From Eledone cirrhosa (taxonomy: Eukaryota): 64,000 nt of DNA. The position numbers and the translations under genes were made by a program. The notes under the pieces are model-generated. The model had not been told where the DNA came from, did no database searches, and saw nothing but the letters and a program-made list of their open reading frames with translations. Location: positions 17,298,001 to 17,362,000 of the forward strand of contig OZ024752.1 of NCBI GenBank assembly GCA_964016885.1, written 5' to 3'. Positions 52,087-64,000 of this stretch are shown piece after piece; the first letter of the stretch is position 1; each line of letters opens with the position of its first letter.

Positions 52087-53001
52087 CCTTGTCTACATTC
52101 TAACTAAAATATACCATAATTTCCTTTGGTGGCGTGGGGTTTCACAGCCTTCCGGTATATAGCAGTGGCGTGGTTCGATTGCTACAGGTAATTCCCTGCA
52201 CTATTTCCCCCCCTCAAAATATTTATATCCCCGTTTCTTTCCAACTATATTATTGTAAATATGTGTTGTAATGACTATTGCAAGAGGCAAAACATTCTGG
52301 CTGATTCGACACCCACGTGCTTTTTCTAAAAGACATTCCCCCCGCTCCTTTCTCTTCTCATACTATATGTTTCTACTTCTTTTATTCCTCATTCTATTTG
52401 TTGATGGAAATATTTTTCTCTATTCCTCTGTGAATATATCACACAGTAGCCAGTTCGTTATACGATCAAGCAGGGATGTTCTAACACAGTCCTCTCTCCG
52501 TTCAGGTATGGATTTACCTACCCAAGAAAGAGAGAAGCCTGATCATACTTCTGTTAATTGTTCTTCTACCAAACGTATTTTAGATAAAGCAGCTATGTCT
52601 ATGTTCAACCTTCTAAGTTCTTTTGTAACAAGTGTAGTTGTACGCTCCGGACGTCCGGACGAGTTTCTATCCAGTTCTGTCCTAACGTTCCAACAACAAA
52701 TGTTGAGTTTGACTCGATCTTTCGAGTATTTTTTACATTTTGTTCTATTCTTATTTCTGCTCGAGTGAGGCAAAGTAAGTTCTGGGCGCCTGTGTGTAGA
52801 CTTGTGACTATAAGCTTGCAACTGGTCAGGCGAAGAAAGATGTAAGAGACATCTGTATATCAGTATATTATAGTGGTAAACACTTGTACAACACAAGTAG
52901 CATTTGCTGAGTGTCCACAACTAGAGTCCAGTGACATGCCGAAACAAGATGACCGGGAGTTGCTTCTACGGCAGGTTTTAAGGAGTTTCCTTCTTACTTA
53001 A

Positions 53002-53058
<57 letters not shown>

Positions 53059-53164
53059 TACTCATTCATACGTACACACATACACACACACGCTACTCAC
53101 ACACACACACTCATATTTAAATATTACAGTCATTATTAATACTATAATTGTGGCCGCTGTTGTC

Positions 53165-53685
53165 ACTGTTATTCTCTCTCTTTCATTCACTGCCTCCGTC
53201 TCTCTCACTTTCCCCATATCTCACTATTATAAGCAAATAGGGACTCACGCTCTGGCCACCCCGCGACCCCGGCGGACACAATAGAGAAGTCCTTTCCTCC
53301 GAATATGGTGAAGAAGACGCGTTGGAAGAGCCATTTCAGCTCGCGAAGTTTACACCTGTGGGCAGCGAACTCCATGCCGATAGTGGTGAGTAGGGTGGTG
53401 GTCATAGGGCCAAGGACACCAGAAGTCTCCACTCCTAAATTGTATCTTGAGCACATTACGAAATGGAAGATTTAGAGCAGCTGTTCTCAAGTTGTTCTAT
53501 TGCCCGTATCCCTTTTCTAAAATTTCAGTTTCTTTAAATCTATGATAACTAGATGGGAAAAATAAACACATTCCCTATTCTGTCCACCGGAGCTGCGGAT
53601 CAGCCTGCGCATGGGCCCCCATTTGCTTATAGTGAAAGATGAGGAGAGCGAGAAAGACGGAGGCAGTGAGTGAAAGAGAGAGGAC
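53165..53685. mobile_element. Two oppositely oriented CRE-like LINE 3' end remnants
   Basis: VETSGVLG...WLFQR..F.I..G on minus (53205-53435); 53580-53685 is an inverted diverged copy of its 3' end. Confidence 0.6.
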
Positions 53686-55477
53686 ATCAATACTTATTTA
53701 TTTGTATTCATCAAATGACTACTACTAGAGAGAAAGTAAAAAATGTTCAAGACATGGAAATTTGTTGTTAAAAGCAACACGAATACTATTCTAAAGATCA
53801 ATTAGATCAAGTGATGCCTGTGCGTGAAGCTTTTTAAAGTGAAGAAAAGCCTTGTAGTGGACCAATCCCACTCTCTGAACAACGGTGACAGGTATCCAAG
53901 ATGAACATGTCAACATCATACATACAATTATTAAATGTATGATAACTAGATCCGAAAAAGAAACACAAGAGAAAATAAAATAGTTTATTTAAAAATACAA
54001 AATGTATAAAAGTATTTTTATTTGTCGTTATTTTTCTTGTCTTATTTTTGCTAAACAATGTTTAAGACATGGGAATTTGTTGTTAAAGGCAACACGAATA
54101 TTATTGTAAAGGTTTAAGTGGTTTCTAAGCTTCGTTGTCTTATATAGAAAAGTTGAAAATCACAACTCGCATAAACCCGTTGTAGCAAATGGAAGCGGAA
54201 TCATTGCTGACCAAAACTGCTCAAATTAATTTTTATCCCAACTCAACTTTCATGACCTGTTTGACTCCTAGATCAATTAGATCTTCTTTAAATTCATTAT
54301 CGTTCGATATTTTTTGTAAATCGAAGAGAAACGGACCAATAAGCCACTGTTCTGCTAGTTGTAGAGATACTCCTGAAAAATACTCATGAAATGATTTGCA
54401 CAGTATTTGAAGCTGTACAATAAATGTTCAGTGTTTAACTAGAATTGGTGAATTAAAAAGAATATTCCATCATCTTCATTTATTCAAGTGAAACCAAATT
54501 CATGATAGTCTTCATTGCATTTTCTCACTTTGGATATTGATATATTTAATTGTGACCTGGAATGCTAAAAAATATTAATTATTAAAGCGTAAAAAGATTT
54601 AATATTCAAAGCTTTTAACAATATAATTTTTATTAATTTAAATTCCATTTGCTTAAAGTTCATTTGGGTTCACAATTAAAACTTTAATCCCCAAGCTGAA
54701 ATATACGCGGATAAAATTACATTTACTTTAGAGTTCAGTATATTATCTCTAATATTTCGGTGAAAAGATACAAACCACAATTGAAAAGTATTCAACACCT
54801 ATCAATTGGTTGCTTAGGGTTGACCTATTTTACAATAATTGTTTCTACTTTTGGCACAAGGCCAGCAATTATCCAGTGTATTACTGGTACTTTATTTTAT
54901 CGACTCCGTAAGGATGAAAGGCAAAGTTAACCTCGGCGGGATTTGAACTCAGAATGGCAAGGGCCGTAACTCTATGCGTCAAAACATGGCGTCCGACCCT
55001 ACAATAATATTAACCTTCCAGACAGGCTTCTTTCTAAACATTGCTCTGAATATTAATAGATTTAATTAAAACTACACCCTATAATAAGGAAAACATTACG
55101 CATCAGGAAAGTTCGACTGGATTCACTCTTTCTCTGTGTATTCGTATCAGCTTCCAAAATTTATAGCTAAAAGGCTTATTCGTAAACATACCATATATCG
55201 CTAGATATACAAAATACACATACTTATATGTATACAACTATATTGCAGCGAACACCTTAATTAATAATATAACTTTAATCGGATAAATATGAGCTTGTTT
55301 ATTAGACTATATCTAATAAACATGTAGCTAAATTTTAATGTATTTGATTCTACTTTAAACACACTTTATCATAACATAGATCACATATATATATATATGA
55401 TGACATATATTTCTATATATATTCGGATACCTAACGGGACCGAAGACCCCATATAGAGGGAATCAGTTCTCAACCAA

Positions 55478-55985
55478 GATATATTCACCAACGAGATATG
55501 CCAATACGAACCCTTTTGAAATAATATAAGGATATGGCAGTTCTCCTAAAAATAAAAATCCTCACAATATGAGAAAGTGTCAAATATTTTCGGAATTAAG
55601 AATTTCCGAAAATATCGAATTGAAAATAGCGAGTTTGGCTTATAACATCTACCTCCCTTCTTCTGATTAGTGAATGCTAAAGCTGGCGCATTAGTGCACT
55701 AGCTCCTGCAATTCTTGCACTTAATTAAGCCTTAAAAAGTAAATTATAATGAGGTTAGGCCTAATATTTAAATATTTTGAATTACATTCTAACTTCATTT
55801 AACACTCTACATACTAATTACAGACACTTTCTGGATTTATATTTTAACTTTCGGCTAACATGTTAAAATCCGAAAATATTTGACACTTTCTCATATTATG
55901 AATATTTTTATTTTTAAAAGAACTGCCTTATCCTTATATTATTTCAAAGGAGTTCGTTCTGGCATATCTCGTGAGAGAATATTTC
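55478..55985. mobile_element. MITE-like element with ~120-bp imperfect terminal inverted repeats
   Basis: acgagatatgcca...atatgagaaagtgtcaaatattttcgga versus tccgaaaatatttgacactttctcatat...tggcatatctcgt. An internal segment recurs at 56987-57097. Confidence 0.65.
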
Positions 55986-56406
55986 TTAAAATGTTTAGAA
56001 GATTCAGACGTCGACTTAGTTGATAAGTTTTAAGAAGATCTAGTTAGAAAATTCACTTAACCGAGTCACAGAGAAGCCTGATAAAAACTAGATACGTCAG
56101 GTCAAAAACAGAAGAACTAAGTCCAAATATTTTGCCAGACTAAATCCTAGCCAGAAAACCCTCTAATTATAAGATTTTCAATCGGAAAATTAGGGAATTG
56201 GGGGTATTTAAGATGTATGTGTCTAACTTACATGCTGGTGTATGTCTGCATCTTATTGAAAGCCCATGATAGGGAGGTATTACATCTTTAAAGTTATGGA
56301 GGAAGGGACCCAAAAGGGTGTCATACTCCATAGTATATACATAGGTATCTGTTGGACCACTATCGTTTTCGACGGTGAGTGATCAAGTTATTCGATCAAT
56401 GGAGCA

Positions 56407-56437
<31 letters not shown>

Positions 56438-56975
56438 CTTCTTCTTCTTCTTCTTCTTCTTCTTCTTCTTCTTCTTCTTCTTCTTCTTCTTCTTCTTCTT
56501 CTTCTTCTTCTTCTTCTTGAGAGGGTCGTCGAGGCAGAGTAATCAAACACTCCTTCCAGTGGTCCTGTCAGAAGCAACCATTTCCCGTTGCTCCGGCTGG
56601 ATCCCCAAGCGAGACTAACCAAGCTCATGGTTGTTATCCAACCATCTTACTCGGGGTCTACCTCTGTGTCTTCTGCCGATTGGTTTTTGCCCTAAAATCT
56701 GTCCAGCGATTATTTGCTGATACATTCTAACCACATGCCCACAGTATCGGATCGGTTATATCTCAATTCAGAGAAGTAGTGGCTCTACCTGGAGTGACTC
56801 TCTATCGAGTAAATGTTACTCCAAATACCTTTCGGGGGAACCTCGTTTCGGCTGCTTGTAACCGCAATCGTATTCTTTCGGTTATTACCAAGATTCATGA
56901 CCATAGGTAAGGGTTAGCACGAATATCAAATTGAAGATAGTTGAGCTTTTACACCTACCTCTCTTCTGATTACCG
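56407..56975 (-). mobile_element. Decayed RTE-like LINE 3' end with (AAG)n tail
   Basis: About 110 bp of (CTT)n next to a minus-strand RGRPRVRWLDN motif. Confidence 0.55.
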
Positions 56976-58145
56976 AATGCTGAAGAGTAAATTATAATGA
57001 GGTTAGGCTTAATATTTAAATATTTAAAATTATATTCTAATTTCATTTAACACTCTACATACTAATTACAGACAACCTCTGGATTTATATTTTAACTGTT
57101 CGTTTTAGTGTTGATTCCTATTCCTTTGAAGACCATAAATATATATGGAGGAGAATGACTGATATAATCAATTATCGATCGTCAAGATCCTAGACCTCAA
57201 TCGCTTACTGAGTGGGATGGAGCTCGTCAAATCGAACTCGCAACCTCACGTTTGCGAATCCAATTCTCTAACCACTAAGCCACGCGCGTTCACTAATCAA
57301 CTATACACAGTTATATTGGAGGATTTATTCTGTAAGGGTTTCTGATTTAGGCACAAGGCCAGAAATTTTGGAGTGGGAAAGTCGATTAAATTGACCCCAG
57401 TGCATTACTGATGCTTTATTTTATCGACCCCGTAAGGATGGAAGGAAGCCGTAGCTATGCAACGGCTTCCTAAAATCGTATTTCTTTAGAAATACGAAAC
57501 TTCTATACATATTGTATAAAGCTATGCTTGAAGCGAAATCTTATTTCTTTTCTATTATATGTTGAGCCAACTTATGCAGCTTCATATGCAAATGTGATTA
57601 ATCACCTCATTTACACTGACGAGAAAACTATATATTCTCGGTTGTTTTCAAGTCCAGCAGTCGCAAAGCGGTGGAGGGATCGTCCTGACGATGGCCAGTC
57701 AAGCCTGAAATGCATAGACAGTTGTCCCCCTTGCTTCTGCTGGACAACACCAGAGGGCGTTAGCATAACTACGGCTTCCTAAAATCGTATTTCTTTAGAA
57801 ATACGAAATTTCTATACACACATATATATATATGTGTGTGTGTGTCTGTATGTGTGTGTGTATGGTGATGGAGGTGTTGGTAGCTGTGGTAGTGGTGTGT
57901 GAGTGTGTATATATATATATATGTTTGTGTGCTTGTGTGTGTGTGTGGTGGGGGAGTATTTGTCGTATATGAGGTAACAGGTGTGATATGATAATTGGAA
58001 ATCATTTGAAAATGTCAGGTCAAATTTTGATGACAAGATAGTGTGACATGCATATTTCATTGAACAGGTTAAGCAACAAGTCTTTGAAACCACAAAACAC
58101 ACTGAGTTTTTTGTTTCATAGACGTCATTTTGTTACTGAAAATTG

Positions 58146-59552
58146 CAAGTACTTCCTGTAGAAGAGAAAATTAGCACTACTTCCTGTAGAAGAGAAAATT
58201 ACAACTATTTCCTCTAGAAGAGAAAAATACAACTACTTCCTGTAGAAGAGAAAATTACCACTACTTCCTGTAGAAGAGAAAATTACAACTACTTTCTGTA
58301 GAAGAGAAATTTGCTACTTCCCGTAGAAGAGCACATTACAACTATTTCCTGTAGAAGAGAAAAATACAACTACTTCCTGTAGACGAGAAAATTACAACTA
58401 CTTCCTGTAGAAGAGAAAATTACAACTACTTCCTGTAGAAGAGAAAATTACAACTACTTCCTGTAGACGAGAAAATTACAATTACTTCCTGTACAAGAGA
58501 AAATTACAACTACTTCGTCTAGATAAGAACATTACAACTACTTCCTGTAGAAGAGCACATTACAACTACTTTCTGTAGAAGAGAAAAATACAACTACTTC
58601 CTGTAGAAGAGAAAAATACAACTACTTCCTGTAGAAGAGAAAATTACAACTACTTACTGTAGAAGAGAAATTTGCTACTTCCTGTAGAAGAGAAAATTAC
58701 AACTTGCTGTAGAAGAGAAAATTACAACTATTTCCTCTAGAAGAGAAAAATACAACTACTTCCTGTAGACGAGAAAATTACAACTACTTCCTGTAGAAGA
58801 GAAAATTACAACTACTTCCTGTAGAAGAGAAAAATACAACTACTTCCTCTAGAAGAGAAAAATACAACTACTTCCTGTAGACGAGAAAATTACAACTACT
58901 TCCTGTAGACGAGAAAATTACAACTACCTCCTGTAGAAGAGAAAATTACAACTACTTCCTGTAGAAGAGAAAATTACAACTACTTCCTGTAGAAGAGAAA
59001 AATACAACTACTTCCTGTAGAAGAGAAAAATACAACTATTTCCTGTAGAAGAGAAAATTACAATTACTTCCTGTAGACGAGAAAATTACAATTACTTCCT
59101 GTAGAAGAGAAAAATACAACTACTTCCTGTAGAAGAGAAAAATACAACTACTTACTGTAGAAGAGAAATTTGCTACTTCCTGTAGAAGAGAAAATTACAA
59201 CTTGCTGTAGAAGAGAAAATTACAACTATTTCCTCTAGAAGAGAAAAATACAACTACTTCCTGTAGACGAGAAAATTACAACTACTTCCTGTAGAAGAGA
59301 AAATTACAACTACTTCCTGTAGAAGAGAAAATTACAACTACTTCCTGTAGAAGAGAAAAATACAACTACTTCCTGTAGACGAGAAAAATACAACTACTTC
59401 CTGTAGAAGAGAAAAATACAACTATTTCCTGTAGAAGAGAAAATTACAATTACTTCCTGTAGACGAGAAAATTACAATTACTTCCTGTAGAAGAGAAAAA
59501 TACAACTACTTCCTGTAGAAGAGAAAAATACAACTACTTCCTGTAGAAGAGA
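58146..59552. repeat. 28-bp minisatellite (actacttcctgtagaagagaaaattaca), about 50 copies
   Basis: Contiguous tandem units without spacers. Confidence 0.95.
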
Positions 59553-59659
59553 ACATACATGTAAAATATGTCCAGAAAAACCTTTAAAATTGAAATTTAT
59601 AAATTAAAACAATAAAAAAGTAAAAATCTCAAATAGCACCTCAGATATGATATTTTATC

Positions 59660-60135
59660 CACCCAGCTGGACCGAGGGGACGGCAAAAGGCCAGACGGTA
59701 TGACCATCTTCCCGTTCCGCGGTGGAAAACCCCACGTCTGGGATGCCACTTGCAGTGACACTTTCTCCAGCCTTAACCTGGTGCAGTCTGCGACTAACCC
59801 AGGTTCTGCTGCACGTCGGGCTGAGGAGGCCAAACTATCCAAGTACCGGTCACTCTCCGACAGGTTCGCGGTCGTGCCCTTGGCAGTGGAAACTTCTGGT
59901 GTCCTTGGCTCTTGGGCTTCCTCCATACTCACCACCATAGGCGCTGATCTGGCCAGCCGCAGATGTGACCCTCGCGAGATGGAATGGCTGTTCCAGCGCA
60001 TCTCCCTTACCATCCTCCGGGGAAACGCCTTCTCCATTCTGTCCGCCGGGGCTGTGGGAAGGCCAGCACGTGGGATCCCATTTGCTCATAATACAGAGAG
60101 ATGGGGAGGGCGAGAAAGAGGGAGGCGATGACAGT
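59660..60135 (+). mobile_element. CRE-clade LINE 3' fragment (restriction-like endonuclease)
   Basis: DGKRPDGMT..P...GK..VWDATC.DT, AE..K..KY..L, PLAVET.G..G, LFQRISL.I.RGNA. Confidence 0.85.
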
Positions 60136-60633
60136 GGGAGTTCGGCTCCTCCATGTTCGGACCATACCCTTGAAATATATAAAGATGGAAATTTCAACAA
60201 TTCCTAGACATTACCTTTTACTATTTTATATCTATTAATCAACTTGACCGGATGGGAGATAGACGTTATTTTGTAAATAAACCGATTTTAGGATGAATAA
60301 CGTACGAATGAGCAGAGACCACAGAATACCATGTTGTTAGAATGTGGTAAATATAACAAGGTACTGGAGGTATTCGCACAAAATCAGAGATGAGCTTACA
60401 TATTGAGGGTTATCTGAGGATCTTTCGATTACAGAGTCAGGTTCGATCAATAATAGATCATTCCTCGAGCTGATCGACAGTGAAACATATGTAATATGTT
60501 ATTAAATATGTTATGATGCAATACTGACTCTTTGTTTCTTTATTCTTATACTATTATACTGTGCTCTGCGCGAGCATCGAGTGCTCATCCGGCATACCAA
60601 CTACAGACGCAATTATTTTGCACCTAATCACTC

Positions 60634-60691
<58 letters not shown>

Positions 60692-60960
60692 TAAAACATG
60701 TCTTTAGAATCACTAGATATAATATATACCATTTCCTCTCCTAATCACCATAATTAACCATATAAGAAATCAATTAGACCAAGCTATAAGAATAAAGGCT
60801 CCTATGAAGAAATCTCCGACAAATAACCGAAAGCAGCCCCTTCGCGGTGGCTGCGATGGAGTATTTATCGAACATTTCGACAACATGTAGAAATCGACCA
60901 GATGTACAGTCAACTAAACATAATTAGGTGTAAAATCAAACTTAGAAGAAATGCGTACAT

Positions 60961-61037
60961 ACCTCTACCATGGTTTCATCCGTATTTTAAGACATCCGAT
61001 AACAGGGAATGTCTAGAGCTTCGGATTCATCAGGAGT
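60961..61037 (-). ncRNA. Hammerhead ribozyme (inverted copy)
   Basis: Reverse complement of 61218-61295. Confidence 0.75.
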
Positions 61038-61217
61038 GAACTCAAAATTAGACATTTAATTTTCCAAAGTGATCGCGCCAAAAATACATTCAAAAATGGC
61101 TAAGAATCGTGACGTGGCAGCGGTCAAGCTAGAAAGGATGTGATTAGTTGCTTACAACGTTTTTGAATGTATTTTTGGCGCGATCACTTTGGAAAATTAA
61201 ATGTCTAATTTTGAGTT

Positions 61218-61295
61218 CACTCCTGATGAATCCGAAGCTCTAGACAGTCCCTGTTATCGGATGTCTTAAAATACGGATGAAACCATGGTAGAGGT
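61218..61295 (+). ncRNA. Type-I hammerhead ribozyme
   Basis: ctc-CTGATGA-atccg[loop with agaca/tgtct hairpin]cggat-GAAAC catg GTA-gag; palindrome ACCATGGT. Confidence 0.8.
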
Positions 61296-61873
61296 AATTA
61301 GGTATGTACGCATTTCTTCTAAGTTTGATTTTACACCTAATTATGTTTAGTTGACTGTATATCTGGACGATTTCTACATGCTGTCGAAATGTTCGATAAA
61401 TACTCCATCGTAGCCACCGCGAAGGGGCTGCTTTCGGTTATTTGTCGGAGATTTCTTCATAGGAGCCTTTATTCTTATAGCTTGGTCTAATTGATTTTTT
61501 ATATGGTTAATTATGTTGATTGGGAGAGGAAATGGTATATATTATATCTAGTGATTCTAAAGACATGTTTTATGATATATAGCTCTGATTATTTAATTTA
61601 TTAATTCTTCATTGAGCCACAACGTGACCTGTTGCAAAACACATATATATCTATGACTTTATATATATGTAAACCTTTATATGTAATAATCTCCCGTTTG
61701 GTTGAGATACAATTTGGCTATATTGGGCTGCGCTTTCAGCAATAAGCCTACCCGCCGTAAGCAACTAATCACATCCTTTCTAGCTTGACCGCTGCCACGT
61801 CACGATTCTTAGGCATTTTTGAATGTATTTTTGGCACGATCACTTTGGAAAATTAAATGTCTAATTTTGAGTT

Positions 61874-61951
61874 CACTCCTGATGAATCCGAAGCTCTAGA
61901 CAGTCCCTGTTATCGGATGTCTTAAAATACGGATGAAACCATGGTAGAGGT
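61874..61951 (+). ncRNA. Type-I hammerhead ribozyme (tandem copy 2)
   Basis: Identical core to 61218-61295. Confidence 0.8.
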
Positions 61952-62529
61952 AATTAGGTATGTACGCATTTCTTCTAAGTTTGATTTTACACCTAATTAT
62001 GTTTAGTTGACTGTATATCTGGACGATTTCTACATGCTGTCGAAATGTTCGATAAATACTCCATCGTAGCGACCGCGTAGGGGCTGCTTTCGGTTATTTG
62101 CCGGCGATTTCTTCATGGGAGCCTTTATTCTCATAGCTTGGTCTAATTGATTTTTTATATGGTTAATTATGCTGATTGGGAGAGGAAATGGTATATATTA
62201 TATCTAGTGATTCTAAAGACATGTTTTATGATATATAGCTCTGATTATTTAATTTATTAATTCTTCATTGAGCCACAACGTGACCTGTTGCAAAACACAT
62301 ATATATCTATGACTTTATATATATGTAAACCTTTATATGTAATAATCTCCCGTTAGGTTGAGATACAATTTGGCTATATTGGGCTGCGCTTTCAGCAATA
62401 AGCCTACCCGCCATAAGCAACTAATCACATCCTTTTTAGCTTGACCGCTGCCACGTCACGATTCTTAGCCATTTTTGACTGTATTTTTGGCGCGATCACT
62501 TTGGAAAATTAAATGTCTAATTTTGAGTT

Positions 62530-62607
62530 CACTCCTGATGAATCCGAAGCTCTAGACAGTCCCTGTTATCGGATGTCTTAAAATACGGATGAAACCATGG
62601 TAGAGGC
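62530..62607 (+). ncRNA. Type-I hammerhead ribozyme (tandem copy 3)
   Basis: Identical core to 61218-61295. Confidence 0.8.
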
Positions 62608-62820
62608 AATTAGGTATGTACGCATTTCTTCTAAGTTTGATTTTACACCTAATTATGTTTAGTTGACTGTATATCTGGACGATTTCTGCATGCTGTCGAA
62701 ATGTTCGATAAATACTCCATCGTAGCCACCGCGAAGGGGCTGCTTTCGGTTATTTGTCGGAGATTTCTTCATAGGAGCCTTTATTCTTATAGCTTGGTGT
62801 AATTGATTTTTTTATATGAC

Positions 62821-63461
62821 AAAGAGCTCAGGATTTCTTCTCCTTTGAGCACATTATTTACAGGGAATAGCGAGGGCCTATGCCTCCGTTAATTTATCGT
62901 GATATTTCGCTCCTAATAACAGTCTTTCCTACCTCAGTTTGGTTGAGCACACTTCTCTGAGTGGCTTTGGGCTGCCCTTTCTAGCAGTTCGTCCCCCAGA
63001 GGCCACTGGTTCACTGCCCTTAAACACGCTGTGACTTCTCCCTCCCATGTGTAGCTGGACAGTCAATTTTAAAATTCTCTTAGTGTTGTCTGAAATGTAT
63101 AGCCTTACACACGGTGATGAACCGAGGCTAACCCATTGCTTTCAACAAATTATTGGTGAAACATATCTTTGGATTAGTGTCTTTGGATTTGTACGTGTGT
63201 TATATAGTTATAGAGGTATTTATTTACGCTTTAATTTATATTTTTAATTATCATGTCTATAGTCTGCCTTTCATAAATTATAGATTCCATACACTGGTGG
63301 TTTTTTTCCCCTGTTTTATTGATAACGCACTATATATCTCTCTCTGGTGTGTTACCTTTTCAACATATTGTATTTTAAAGAGCTCAAGATTTCTTCTCCT
63401 TTGAGCACATTATTTACAGGGAATAGCGAGGGCCTATGCCTCCGTTAATTTATCGTGTTAT

Positions 63462-63468
<7 letters not shown>
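62821..63468 (+). repeat. About 557-bp unit with ~80-bp terminal direct repeat and a degenerate hammerhead; probable further pLTR
   Basis: aaagagctca..ttatcgtg at 62821 and 63377; gTGATGA-accga..ttggt-GAAAC atat at 63114-63170. Confidence 0.55.
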
Positions 63469-63509
<41 letters not shown>

Positions 63510-64000
63510 GGGGTGGGGGTGCGCGCGTGTGTGTGAGTATGTATTTGTGAATGTGTCTGTTGACATCTGGAATATGGCTTAAGAGAAACTTGAAGATAAT
63601 GGTATGATAGGCACTCAATATTTTGAACTGGTCTATAGAATTCTCTAGGCCTTTATCACTCTAAGAAGAATTAGCTTTTAAAGAATTTCCCTTTTCTTTA
63701 AATCCATCAACCATGACTGACCACCAACGATCTTATAGACACCTGAAATATAGGCATTGTTAGCTTAAGAGAAACTTAAAAATAAGGAGTGGCACCCCAT
63801 TGTGAACTTGTTTATAGAATTCTTTCTGCCTTTGTTACTCTAAATATAAATTATAGCTTTAAAGAATTAGCTTTTAATGAATTCTCTTTTCTATCAACCA
63901 ATGACCTCTACCCATCGCACTCCCCACCTTCCCCTACCACCTGAAGAGATCTATAAATACCATATTTATTTTTTGATACCCAGATTCCTGATGATTTCTA

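Larger units (their letters stand above)
60690..62817 (+). mobile_element. ORF-less hammerhead-bearing array: inverted copy (60690-61156) plus about 2.5 tandem 656-bp units
   Basis: CTGATGA at 61223, 61879, 62535 (period 656); reverse-complement copy at 60961-61037; starts at (TA)n. Confidence 0.9.

Noticed and set aside
56379-56628. Poly-Phe and poly-Arg ORFs
   Set aside because: Translations of the (CTT)n tract.
58146-59552. CRISPR-like array of 28-bp repeats
   Set aside because: Units are contiguous with no unique spacers, there are no cas genes, and the context is eukaryotic.

Overview
Eukaryotic, repeat-saturated genomic DNA with no bacterial features. The SINE families and very dense (TA)n/(CA)n/(ATGT)n/(AAT)n microsatellites resemble an octopod cephalopod (recognition from memory, not verified). 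Almost all long ORFs are transposable elements: (i) an R4/Dong-like restriction-endonuclease LINE carrying a Tx1-clade LINE inserted antisense in its (AAT)n tail, with the composite present twice, 38,181 bp apart; (ii) a near full-length RTE LINE; (iii) several truncated Penelope-like elements (GIY-YIG, RT); (iv) a decayed autonomous Helitron plus non-autonomous Helitrons; (v) CRE, RTE and piggyBac remnants. The only host-like gene is a GT11 alpha-1,2-fucosyltransferase exon broken by two nonsense codons. The strongest non-obvious signal is a set of about a dozen minimal type-I hammerhead ribozyme motifs from several unrelated families. Two of these families form ORF-less arrays (546-bp and 656-bp units; one inverted copy followed by tandem copies) that look like retrozyme-like non-autonomous Penelope derivatives. 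All alignments and folds were done by eye.
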